From Limisphaerales bacterium (GTDB taxonomy: Bacteria > Verrucomicrobiota > Verrucomicrobiia > Limisphaerales > SIBE01): a DNA stretch of 59,283 nt. The notes beneath the pieces were generated by a model. It had not been told where the DNA came from and made no database searches. It saw only the letters and a program-made list of their open reading frames with translations. Below, one piece after another: positions 1 to 9,411 of the stretch (positions are counted from its first letter, which is position 1; each line of letters starts with the position of its first letter). A program made the position numbers and the translations under genes. The stretch lies in contig JBGAIN010000030.1 in NCBI GenBank assembly GCA_044225505.1, forward strand, positions 1 through 59,283. The letters run 5' to 3'.

Positions 1-279
1 TTCTTCCGTTCAATGCCACGTCCTCGGCCGTCCCGTCGGGACTTGGAATCGCGCCCATTCAACCTCGGCGTTAAAACGCCGAGCTATTCTCGAGTTGCCC
101 CATCCGGGGCGCCAGGAGGCAATTACCGAATGGCATTAGAGTTTATCCCGCCGGAAGCCTCGACTGCCGGATTGCGCACGAAATCATCCGTTGCCCACCC
201 TCCCCGCGTCCGTTCCTACGGACTGGAAGTCCGCGTTCCCATGAAGTCGCGGGCCTTGCGGTAGAGTCAGAATAAGGGG

Positions 280-864
280 TCAAATACGTTCCAGGATGCG
301 ATCTAACTGGCGGGCGTGTACTGAAATCCCTCCCTCCGTCCAGATGACGTAGGTCGACAACGTCATCTTTTTCTCTATCGGCCACTGAGCGTTACGACGC
401 CGTCCGATTTCTTCGGGAGTCCAGCCGCGCTGCCGCAAGCGTTCCTGTTGCGTTGCCTCTGAACAGGCCACGCAAACGGTAGAAGAAAACTCCGCAGTCG
501 CGTTCGTCTCGAACAGCAGGGGAATCACCACGGCAACGACCGGATGGCCTTCCTCCCTCCATTGTGCAACCTGCGCTAGCCAGGCCGTCCGAATGCGCGG
601 ATGCAAGAGGCTCTCGAGACGCCTCCGAGCTTCGGCATCCGCAAAGACGCGCTGGGCCAACGCGTCGCGGCGCAGTCGGCCATCGGCATCGAGTAGATCC
701 CGCCCGAATGCTGAAACAACCTCCTCCAGCGCTGGTTGCCCAGGTTCCACGACCTGCCGGGCGATGACGTCCGTGTCAATCCCTGGCACCTCGCGAGCTC
801 GTAGCAACTCGGCGCAAGTCGATTTCCCCATCCCAATTCCGCCGGTAATTCCGAGGATTTTCAT
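280..864 (-). CDS. coaE: Dephospho-CoA kinase
   Basis: N-terminal ILGITGGIGMGKST P-loop, IDTDVIARQVV, LESLLHP, IPLLFE. Start trimmed to the ATG at 864 (ORF track gives 885). Confidence 0.95.
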   Translation of the reverse strand: MKILGITGGIGMGKSTCAELLRAREVPGIDTDVIARQVVEPGQPALEEVVSAFGRDLLDADGRLRRDALAQRVFADAEARRRLESLLHPRIRTAWLAQVAQWREEGHPVVAVVIPLLFETNATAEFSSTVCVACSEATQQERLRQRGWTPEEIGRRRNAQWPIEKKMTLSTYVIWTEGGISVHARQLDRILERI

Positions 865-913
865 ACTCGCATGAATTTCACGCATTTTGCGTGGGCTTCA
901 CTCATCGCCGCGC

Positions 914-3900
914 TCAGCGAACGAGCGCACGGAAGAAGCCAGACTCCGTGGAAGGCGTGGGCAGGTTCGACCAATCGATCACGCCCCCAGTCGCACTGTT
1001 GGTAGAGATTGAATTCCAGCTGTTTAGGGCCGCGGAGCTCTGGATTTCGTAGAGCTGTTCCGCTTGTCCGTGCACCGTCAAGCGGTAACCGCCGGTCGGC
1101 AAACGAGCTAAGTCGAGTCGCGCGGGTGTGCTCTCGTCGATCGGGATGGTCAAGGGAAGATCGAGATTATCGACGAACGCAGCGTCCAAGCCAGCTTTGG
1201 TATCGAGGAAATCCTTGGAGTATCGCCATTCGAACGTATTCGTGCCGGCCGAGATAGAGAATTGGTAATTGGTCCAGCCCAGTTCCCCAGACCAGCTGGT
1301 CAGGCGTTTGCCGTTGAGATAGAAGTCCAGTTTGTCCCAGGTTGGTTCGGAACTCACTTTAACCGCAAAGGCTCCGGTCCCAGCTCGGCAGATCTCCGTG
1401 AGAAGCAACGAACTGCGCTCGCCATTCCCAATCGCCCCAGAGCGGACGGCATAGCGTCCCGCGAGGACGACATTCGTTTGCACTGTCCAAGCCGCAACAC
1501 CTGAAGAACGCCAAGGCAGGGTAGTCAAAGCACCCGTCTCAAACCCGTCCGTAAACGCGAGCGAACGAAAGTTGGGGACCAGGTCGAAATCCCCGGTAAT
1601 GGACAGGGCCAGGGGATTGTCCGTTGAACTGACGGCGCCGCTCCAATGATCAAAGGCATAGAAGGAAGCGGGCGTTGCCAGAAACGTGGTGATCTTCCCA
1701 TCTTCAAACCAGTTCGAGGCGGGAGAAACCGTTCCGCCGAACGCATCGTGGACAGTCACGAAATGAATGGTCGCTGGGCGGAAGTTGAATTCGAGCTGGA
1801 CGATGCCGGACGCGCCCCCAAAGCCATCCACGGCAATGGAGTAAGTCTCGCCAGAGCGGACGACCTGACTGATTCTGCTGAAATCGGCTGGAGCCGCAAC
1901 ATCATCATTACTGGCCACCAATTCCAGCCCTGCCATGCCCAGCCCTTTGTTTCGATACAGAGCGAGCAAGGTGTTGAAGGTTGAGTTCGCCGTGTTCAGA
2001 GTCAGCACGCCGTCCGTCCCTGGCCGGTAGCTCCACCAAACGCTCTTGCCGCCAGCATTACCGGCATGGGCTGGCTCACCGGGCTCCTTCGCTGCCCGCG
2101 TATTGTTGCCCGCAACTACGTCGTTCGTCCCCGTCAATTCGAAAGCGTTGGCCAGCATGTCATTCGGACTGATGAGCGGCTGATAGGTCACCGTCACACT
2201 TCGAGTCGGCGAGGAATTGCCGGCGTAATCGGTGGCGACGATCTTAATTCGATTCTGGCCCTCCTTCAGAAGGACATTACTCGTCCAGTTGGTCGTCCCA
2301 AGCGCGGTGCTGGCCAGTTCTCGATTTACTTGCACTTGCACCTGGCGAACCCCAGTCGTATTTGGGGCCAAATCCTCTGCCGTGCCTGTGACGACAAGCT
2401 TATTGTCAGTCGTGTTCGTGACGATCAGACCGGACGCCGGGCCCGTGATGATCACGCGAGGCGCATTGGTGTCAGGTCCACCGCCAGGCTCAACCCGCAG
2501 TCGAATCGCTCCCACGTCGGCCGCTGAAAAGCCGGCCACCGCGATATGATATTTGGTTCCAGCCTTCGCATCGAAGAGAACGTGGCCTTGTTTCTGATTT
2601 CCTGCATCATCCGCCGACGCCACTTCTTTGAGCGAGGTGAGGCTGCTATTTGTGTAAACAGCGACAAGTGTGTCGAACGAACTGCCCGCAAGGTCGACGA
2701 TCGTCCGCGCGTCCGCTGCCGGCACCCAGTTCCACCAGACCGACGCCGCGGCCGACGGTGTGCTCGCGTGCTTCGGTTCCAACGGTTCAATCGTGGCGAA
2801 ACGGTTGGTCCACAACACCGTGCCACCGGCACTGGGCAGATCTAAGGCGTCCGCAAAATTGTCGTTCAATGGCGGAGACGCAATGTTGTATCCGACCGTT
2901 TGGGTGAGTGCGGTTTTCCCAGGGGCCGTCACGGTGAAGGTAATGCCAAAAGGCCCGGGCGTCGTGGGCAACGTCAACTCGGCGCTGTAAACCTCATCCA
3001 GCGACTTAAAATCCACCCCCGTGCCATCGTTCCGAAACGTGACTTCGGACGGATTGTCTTGAACCTTCGCGGTCACAATCGCATTCGTGATCGCCGCCAG
3101 GTCCGTGACCGTCACGTAAAACGGAACGGGTCGCCGCGCGGAGAGATCACTGTTTTCCGGTGGGTCCAAGGCCAGTTCGATGGTCCCGTCGGGCATGGCG
3201 GATAGTGCCCGGAACGCGTTGACTCTTCCGCCCGTGGTCGTTCGTCCCGCCAGAGTGGGAATTGGTACCGCCGTCGTCAGCAAACGACCTCGGACTTCGG
3301 GAATCGACGCGTTGGGAAACTTGGCCAGAATCAGCGCAGCGACCCCGCTGACGTGCGGCGTCGCCATGCTCGTTCCGTCGAACGAATCATACGAACTGTC
3401 CGAGGCCGCGACACAGGAGAAGATCTCCTCGCCTGGAGCCCCGATGTGAACCGAGGTTTCGCCGTAATTCGAAAATGACGCCAAGCGATCATGTCGATCG
3501 AGCGCGGCCACCGAAATGACGTTGTCCAGTTTGTACGATGACGGATAATGCGCGAGTTCGTCGTTGTTGCTCGAGTCATTTCCAGCCGCCGCCACAAACA
3601 AAACCCCTGCTCGGCGTGCTGCGGTCAGGGAGTCGAGCAAAGCGCGTTCGAAAGGCCCCCCACCCCAGCTGGCATTGATAATCCTAGCCCCATGTTCAAC
3701 CGCGTAATCGATGCACCCAATCGCTTCGTCCGTCCCGCCGAAACCGTCCGCGGCCAGGAATTTGCAGGCCATCAGGCGGACGTTCCAGGCGACACCGACG
3801 TGCGGATTCCCATCATTCGCCGCTGCGCCGATCGTCCCGGAGACGTGGGTTCCATGGTCGTTATCGTCGAAAGGGTTCCCGTTACCCTCGGCTGTGTTTA

Positions 3901-4585
3901 CCCCATAAACGTCATCCACCCAACCGTCGTGGTCGTTATCAATCCCATCCCCGGGGATTTCATCCGGATTTCTCCACATCTGACTGGCTAACTCCAGGTG
4001 CGTGTAGCGAATGCCTGTGTCGACCACTGCCACAATCACGTTGGTCGAGCCTGTGGTCAGGTCCCACGCTTTGACGGCGTCAATATCCGCGCCGGCCACC
4101 CCGCCAGCGGTGCCAGTGTTCCGCAAGCCCCACAAGGTGTTATCGACAAAGCGCTCATCGTCCGGCGTGACCGTGTTGGTGTAGAGGTAACTCGGTTGGA
4201 CGTACTGAAAGGACCCGGAAGCCTCCAAGGCTTGAATCCGAGCAAGGAGCAACGCCGCACGCGTATCCGCCGCGCTGGGTAGACTCGATTTTTGCAGGGT
4301 GCCAGGTCCATCCGCGACATTCAAGACCACGAGACCCGGCACGAGCTTGGATCGATGTTCGACCACCATACCCACCGATTGCAGCGTGGCGGTCTGTGCT
4401 TGTAGATTGGGCCCCTCAGCATATCGGGCGAGCAGTCGAGTGGCATGGACCGAGTATTTACCTAGCCGGATATAATTGGTCGGCGCGGCTCTGCCAGGCT
4501 CACCCCACATTAGGAAAACCGCCGCGACCGTTAGGAATAGACCGAAGCGGTAAGATTGCCCTCGCTTTAAGTTAAAACCACTCAC
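914..4585 (-). CDS. Secreted multidomain S8 subtilisin-like serine protease
   Basis: Signal peptide; triad motifs VAVVDTG, HGTHVSG, GTSMATPHVSG; oxyanion AAGND. Followed by a choice-of-anchor-X-like segment, two PPC-like repeats (NDxxAxA...SVWW), an Ig-like domain and a C-terminal domain ending GFFRALVR. GTG start. Confidence 0.93.
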   Translation of the reverse strand: MSGFNLKRGQSYRFGLFLTVAAVFLMWGEPGRAAPTNYIRLGKYSVHATRLLARYAEGPNLQAQTATLQSVGMVVEHRSKLVPGLVVLNVADGPGTLQKSSLPSAADTRAALLLARIQALEASGSFQYVQPSYLYTNTVTPDDERFVDNTLWGLRNTGTAGGVAGADIDAVKAWDLTTGSTNVIVAVVDTGIRYTHLELASQMWRNPDEIPGDGIDNDHDGWVDDVYGVNTAEGNGNPFDDNDHGTHVSGTIGAAANDGNPHVGVAWNVRLMACKFLAADGFGGTDEAIGCIDYAVEHGARIINASWGGGPFERALLDSLTAARRAGVLFVAAAGNDSSNNDELAHYPSSYKLDNVISVAALDRHDRLASFSNYGETSVHIGAPGEEIFSCVAASDSSYDSFDGTSMATPHVSGVAALILAKFPNASIPEVRGRLLTTAVPIPTLAGRTTTGGRVNAFRALSAMPDGTIELALDPPENSDLSARRPVPFYVTVTDLAAITNAIVTAKVQDNPSEVTFRNDGTGVDFKSLDEVYSAELTLPTTPGPFGITFTVTAPGKTALTQTVGYNIASPPLNDNFADALDLPSAGGTVLWTNRFATIEPLEPKHASTPSAAASVWWNWVPAADARTIVDLAGSSFDTLVAVYTNSSLTSLKEVASADDAGNQKQGHVLFDAKAGTKYHIAVAGFSAADVGAIRLRVEPGGGPDTNAPRVIITGPASGLIVTNTTDNKLVVTGTAEDLAPNTTGVRQVQVQVNRELASTALGTTNWTSNVLLKEGQNRIKIVATDYAGNSSPTRSVTVTYQPLISPNDMLANAFELTGTNDVVAGNNTRAAKEPGEPAHAGNAGGKSVWWSYRPGTDGVLTLNTANSTFNTLLALYRNKGLGMAGLELVASNDDVAAPADFSRISQVVRSGETYSIAVDGFGGASGIVQLEFNFRPATIHFVTVHDAFGGTVSPASNWFEDGKITTFLATPASFYAFDHWSGAVSSTDNPLALSITGDFDLVPNFRSLAFTDGFETGALTTLPWRSSGVAAWTVQTNVVLAGRYAVRSGAIGNGERSSLLLTEICRAGTGAFAVKVSSEPTWDKLDFYLNGKRLTSWSGELGWTNYQFSISAGTNTFEWRYSKDFLDTKAGLDAAFVDNLDLPLTIPIDESTPARLDLARLPTGGYRLTVHGQAEQLYEIQSSAALNSWNSISTNSATGGVIDWSNLPTPSTESGFFRALVR

Positions 4586-4880
4586 ACCAGGAATGCTCGC
4601 AGTGGATTTGGAGTGCGGCTATGTCCGAAGGTCCAATCGCAGAAATCCTCGCAAATCCACCGGATAGGGATAACCGAACCTGTGGCTGGCGCTCCGCACA
4701 CAGCCGCGCCCCGTGCAATGCAAAGCTCTTCACTCCCACGGACCTCCGCAACGCTGACCGGACCTAACCTATCGCCATCAGCGCCGTCGGTCAGCTAGGT
4801 CCTTGAGATGTATCGACTCAGGACCAACCGATCCTTATGAGAGATTCGGCAAATCCCAAAGCGTCCGCCATCACGGAACG

Positions 4881-7799
4881 CTATTGTGCCGAACGGACTC
4901 GGTAATAGCGCTGCGCGTGATTCCCTGTCATGGAATCCTGCACCACGGCCGTTTGCGTCGCTGAATCGGAATTCGTGTAGGTCGCCAGCGCCTTCCAGGT
5001 CGGGTTCTGGAGGTCAGTAGCGTACTCAACCTGGTAGTTGATTTGAGGTTGTGCCGGCCAGGAGAGCGCAATGCTCGTGAGGTCGTTCACCCGGAAACCT
5101 TTCAGGGTTAGCGGCGCGTCGAAATCGAGCGGATACGCATCATAGGCGTTCGCGATACCATCGCCATCGGTATCGATCACCGTGCTTTGGCGGACGATCC
5201 GTTCCATCGCCACGCTGCTTCCGCCGGAACGGACTGGCACTTGCACCACATTGTCCGGCCCGGCAAACTCGACATGCACCAATCGGCCGTTGGAAAGTTC
5301 TTCCAACTGCGCTGCGGGAATATTGGAGTCCGAGAAGTAAATCGTCAGGCTGGGATCAACCTCGAGCGCCGCGCTCAGATCTCCCGACACGACGGCATTG
5401 GTCAGTGGCCCGGTTAATTCCAGGAGATCCACATAGAGCCCGTTCTTCCCAGTCGCGCCCCGGAAGGCGTGGAGCACTTCACGGTCACCGCCGAGGACTA
5501 AGTGGCCGATCGCCACGTTATTCTCAAAGCCGGACGCGCTCGCGCCCCGGTCCTCACCCGCCCAGGAATATTCGACCCGCGCAAATCGCGGTGCCATCGA
5601 CTCAATCGTTGTCCCGAGTAAGTCTCCGAGCGCTGGCTTGATCGGCAGATCAAAACCGTCGCGCGTGCGAAACACGTTGTTCGCACCATCACCGGTGTCG
5701 GAGAGACTGTGGGTCGCGCGCAGCGTCAATTTACCCACTGATCCATTGGTCGCCGAATTAAACCGGATGTCCGTGCCCACGATGTTCAGGTCCCGCGCGG
5801 AGAAGGTGCTGCCGCCTTGGAACTGCGCGGTGGTAGCGTTGATAATGATGCCATCGACGCGAGAGGTGATCGTGCCGGAATTCTCGAAAGCCGTGCTGGC
5901 AAAGAGTAGACCGTTCGCACCAATAAACCCGAGGTTGGAGAACGTTTCGTACGGGGTCGTTCGGTCAGCGCCGAAATTCGCCACGTCCGTGACTGTCAAT
6001 GTCCCTTTGCTGGTAAACGATTTCAAATGCGGCGCAGTAGCGGCAGACCAATCTTCCTGATCCCCTTGCAGCGTCATTCGGGCATTCAGCGTGAATTTGT
6101 CCGTATCCAAGAGCAGCTTACGCACGATGGTCATCGGATCATTCACGACAACCTCTGGCGCGTGACTGATAAAGTCGTGCGTGATGACAGGCTTAGTTGC
6201 TTGCAGCCCGGTCGCATCGACAATGAGCACGTGGGTATCGATCTCTGTGACAAGATTTGTCACCACGTTCGTGAGCGTGCCCGTTCCAGACCCGTCATCG
6301 ACTTTGTTAGTGGCAAGGGTGCCGTAAAAGTTCGTCCAAACACCGCTCCAAGCGCTCAGACTGCCATTAAGACGCACCACACGTTCGCGAGCGATTCCCT
6401 GCATTTGCAGCGTGCCGGTCGGAACGGCGAGGTCGTAAGCGATGTTCTCGGAATCGAGCAAGATCCCTTGGCTGCCGATCAAGTTTGACGTGTTGATCGA
6501 GATCAACCCAGTTCCACGAACACGCGTTCGGGACATATTCAGGTTCTGCGCCACAATCTCAACGCGGCCAGGATTGTCGTTGGCGCTGGTGAGCCCAGGC
6601 ACTTGCGGAGGCTGCGAGGCCAAGCTGTCGATACGTGCCGAATAGGCCGCGTAAAAGTTGGTGACGAAAGGAATGAAATTCGTGTCTTTCGCATTGAAAA
6701 ACAATGTGTTCGTCAGTTTGCCGTTCCCTGTGGCGCCGGTTAGGAAATCGAGGGGCGGGGTGCGCGTGAGCTCGAAGGAGGCGGGAATGTAGGTGGTCGG
6801 GAAAGCTGCCAAGTTCTCGAGAAACACCTGGTTGGTCCAGGAAGCTAGCAAGTCACGCAGATAGAGCGTCGAGGATTCAATATCGCCAGTGACCGTATTG
6901 GTTTCAGGCAAGCTGATCTCGATAACGGCGGTCTTAAACGGATTCGTCAGAATGGTGCTCGGAGCCCATTTGATGGTCGCACCCAAGTTCGTATCGCTCA
7001 CAGCGACGAACGCCGCTTGCACAAGAATATTGGTAATCCGGCCGGTGTCGGGATCAGCGCCGCCAGCGTTGGTAAAGACGGATGAAACCGGGTTAACCAA
7101 TGCCAGGGAGTCGAAGCCGGGAAACCCAAAAGGCCCGTTCGTGATCAAGCTGAACGGTGAAGTCACGTTCGTGGAGGTCTTGCTGATCGAAATCAGGTTG
7201 GCAACGCCCATCACCTGGTTGGTCTCACCGCCCCAGTATTGATCGTAAATGCCAGGGTCAGGAAAGTAGTTGGTATCGCCGGCAAAATGGGTCGATGTCA
7301 CTTCGAGTCGCCCGATGCCAATACCACCCCGGCTCAGATCGACGTCCCTTCCGGTCAATCGGAGCAAGCCAGCCGCGCCTGTCACCATATACCCGTGATT
7401 GACGATCGTATCGGCCGAAACCAGCAAGTAGGACGGAGACAGAATTTGTCCGGTGAATGTGTTGGCAACGCCGCTGGCGGCGTCTGTGGCCCGGATCGAG
7501 CCGCCCGTCTCGTTGACAAAAGCGATCGCTGGCTTCGCGGCGCCCAGGTTGGTCCCGGTATCAAAACGAAACCCGGGCTGCGAGATCATCGTGCCGCGAT
7601 TCGTGAAGTACCGGGTGCTGTTAAAGTCAAACGGGAGCGTGCCGAAGACGTCGAATCGTCCGTAATTCGCGAAGGCGAGCGCATCAATCGTCGGGCTGCC
7701 GTTGACGACGCCGAAGTTCTCATAGAGCGGCGTGACTTGCGCATCGGTCACTGCGGTCAAGGCCGACGCTGCCGCAACTGCTATCAGTAAATGCTTCAT
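4881..7799 (-). CDS. Large secreted hypothetical protein (beta-rich, T/N/G-rich, DTDGDG Ca-binding motif, C-terminal sorting-like domain)
   Basis: Long ORF; signal peptide MKHLLIAVAAASALTAVTDA at ATG 7799; IDTDGDGIANAYDAYP; ends QRYYRVRSAQ. Confidence 0.85.
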   Translation of the reverse strand: MKHLLIAVAAASALTAVTDAQVTPLYENFGVVNGSPTIDALAFANYGRFDVFGTLPFDFNSTRYFTNRGTMISQPGFRFDTGTNLGAAKPAIAFVNETGGSIRATDAASGVANTFTGQILSPSYLLVSADTIVNHGYMVTGAAGLLRLTGRDVDLSRGGIGIGRLEVTSTHFAGDTNYFPDPGIYDQYWGGETNQVMGVANLISISKTSTNVTSPFSLITNGPFGFPGFDSLALVNPVSSVFTNAGGADPDTGRITNILVQAAFVAVSDTNLGATIKWAPSTILTNPFKTAVIEISLPETNTVTGDIESSTLYLRDLLASWTNQVFLENLAAFPTTYIPASFELTRTPPLDFLTGATGNGKLTNTLFFNAKDTNFIPFVTNFYAAYSARIDSLASQPPQVPGLTSANDNPGRVEIVAQNLNMSRTRVRGTGLISINTSNLIGSQGILLDSENIAYDLAVPTGTLQMQGIARERVVRLNGSLSAWSGVWTNFYGTLATNKVDDGSGTGTLTNVVTNLVTEIDTHVLIVDATGLQATKPVITHDFISHAPEVVVNDPMTIVRKLLLDTDKFTLNARMTLQGDQEDWSAATAPHLKSFTSKGTLTVTDVANFGADRTTPYETFSNLGFIGANGLLFASTAFENSGTITSRVDGIIINATTAQFQGGSTFSARDLNIVGTDIRFNSATNGSVGKLTLRATHSLSDTGDGANNVFRTRDGFDLPIKPALGDLLGTTIESMAPRFARVEYSWAGEDRGASASGFENNVAIGHLVLGGDREVLHAFRGATGKNGLYVDLLELTGPLTNAVVSGDLSAALEVDPSLTIYFSDSNIPAAQLEELSNGRLVHVEFAGPDNVVQVPVRSGGSSVAMERIVRQSTVIDTDGDGIANAYDAYPLDFDAPLTLKGFRVNDLTSIALSWPAQPQINYQVEYATDLQNPTWKALATYTNSDSATQTAVVQDSMTGNHAQRYYRVRSAQ

Positions 7800-7824
7800 A
7801 ACGGATTCTCGCAATTCACCGGGT

Positions 7825-9408
7825 CTACGGAGTGGTCGTGCCGGTTCCAGTCGTCGTTCCAGTCCCAGTGGTCGTCCCGACCGGCAGGAGGACCGAGACG
7901 CTTGGCGTCCAGACGTCAGTCAACGCACCACCGCCACTACTGCCACCAGAGCTTCCTCCACCAAGCACAAGGTCTTCAATCTGCTGGATTGTCGTGGCTG
8001 TCGGATAGACGAGAGGAGCGTTGGTCGTCCCGTCAAAGGAACCCCAACGGTATACTTGGAAAGAGTTCACTTCGCTGAGGAATGAAGGGGTCGCGTTGAA
8101 GAAGATCGGCCCGACACTGTTCAGCGTGAGGACAAACTCCGGAGCGGCGCCTGACGGCGGAATGATTCCTGGACCCCAGTGGGTGCGTGCCGCTGACAAT
8201 TCTGGAATACCGTTGGTCAACCAGTCCGAACTCTGAGTATTGAAGGCGGTAGTAATGCCGACGTCCGTATCGTTACCCTGTAGATCGCCGGCGTTAAACA
8301 TAATGTCAGGCGCGACTAACGGTCGGATAAGATTCTGCGATATCGCTCGCCCGTTCGTAATTATCCGGTCAGTAAATGAAACCGTGTTGGATTGGAAGAA
8401 ACCCACTTGCGAATCAAAGTCGAGTCGCTCAAAGCGTGGAATTTTTCCTAACCCGGGGCGGAGCGCGGTCGTGACGAAATTTGTCGCGCTGGAAACCGTT
8501 CCACCGGTGGTTGTTCCTGTGGGTGGAGTCACCACTGGGAACGACCAAGGTGAGTCGTTCCCGCCCGAAGTCACAACCCCTAACCCCGCTCTCAGAGCCG
8601 AGGGAGCTGGTTGTTCGACATTAAAGTTGTCACTTCGGTAAACGTATTTTAACCCGCCTACATCATCGCGCGTCAACCCCGTCCAGAAACCACCGAATTG
8701 CAGAAGTCCGTTAAACCACCCGGATGTCACCGGCGCGTTGATGAGTCCTTGCAGTGCCAGTGGATCAACCGTCTCATTAGCGGTTAGCGTGGTAGGGACG
8801 TCCTGGCTGTCGATAATGTAAGTATAGGTCCAAAGCTGGCCATTGATAAATGAACTTGGCTCCCAGGTTATAGGGTCGAAGTTGCGCTTAATGATGTGAT
8901 AGTTGGTCGTCGTATTGATGATGTATCGATTGCGAACGGTAAAAACGTAGCGAGTCGGATCGGTGATTCCCAGGGCATGCAGCAGAAACGAGAGAGTATA
9001 AGACTTCACGTCCAACAAATTGAGCGCTTGGGCCTGGTAGTTCATCCGTTGCGCGCTAAGCGGGAATTCATCCAATTTGGCCGAGTCCATCGTCGGAAGA
9101 CTGTTTAGGATCGCAATCGCTTTTTCAATTTCATCGATCCCGCGTTGCCCGAAGTAATCCTTGAACTGAGGCGAATAAGCGTAGTAGATCGTTGGCACGT
9201 TCCAACGAAACTCGTCGCCTAGATTCATCGGGCCACCCCCTGCGCCGTTCGCGCCTCCACCGGTCTCGGGAGAAGGGTTCGGCAACCCATAGCCAATTGA
9301 GACCGTCATCCAGTCGGCAGTCGGTCCCAACAGCGTAAACGCTCGCGTGTTGGAGGCGCCAGCGCAGGCAACGAATACCAGAACAACTGCTTTAATAAAA
9401 CGCCACAT
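7825..9408 (-). CDS. Secreted hypothetical protein with degenerate matrixin (M10)-like features and a Thr/Gly tail
   Basis: Signal peptide; FRWNVPTIYY, LLHALGITD and LTRDDVGGLKYVY resemble matrixin elements, but there is no HExxH; ends GTTTGTGTTTGTGTTTP. Confidence 0.75.
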   Translation of the reverse strand: MWRFIKAVVLVFVACAGASNTRAFTLLGPTADWMTVSIGYGLPNPSPETGGGANGAGGGPMNLGDEFRWNVPTIYYAYSPQFKDYFGQRGIDEIEKAIAILNSLPTMDSAKLDEFPLSAQRMNYQAQALNLLDVKSYTLSFLLHALGITDPTRYVFTVRNRYIINTTTNYHIIKRNFDPITWEPSSFINGQLWTYTYIIDSQDVPTTLTANETVDPLALQGLINAPVTSGWFNGLLQFGGFWTGLTRDDVGGLKYVYRSDNFNVEQPAPSALRAGLGVVTSGGNDSPWSFPVVTPPTGTTTGGTVSSATNFVTTALRPGLGKIPRFERLDFDSQVGFFQSNTVSFTDRIITNGRAISQNLIRPLVAPDIMFNAGDLQGNDTDVGITTAFNTQSSDWLTNGIPELSAARTHWGPGIIPPSGAAPEFVLTLNSVGPIFFNATPSFLSEVNSFQVYRWGSFDGTTNAPLVYPTATTIQQIEDLVLGGGSSGGSSGGGALTDVWTPSVSVLLPVGTTTGTGTTTGTGTTTP

Positions 9409-9411
9409 AGG

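Noticed and set aside
1..58. Possible minus-strand gene start MGAIPSPDGTAEDVALNGR running off the left edge
   Set aside because: Only 19 codons are visible and there is no recognisable motif.
4715..4800. CGCAACGCTGACCGGACCTAA resembles part of a c-di-GMP-I riboswitch
   Set aside because: No GAAA-tetraloop P2 stem, and it is on the strand opposite the flanking genes.
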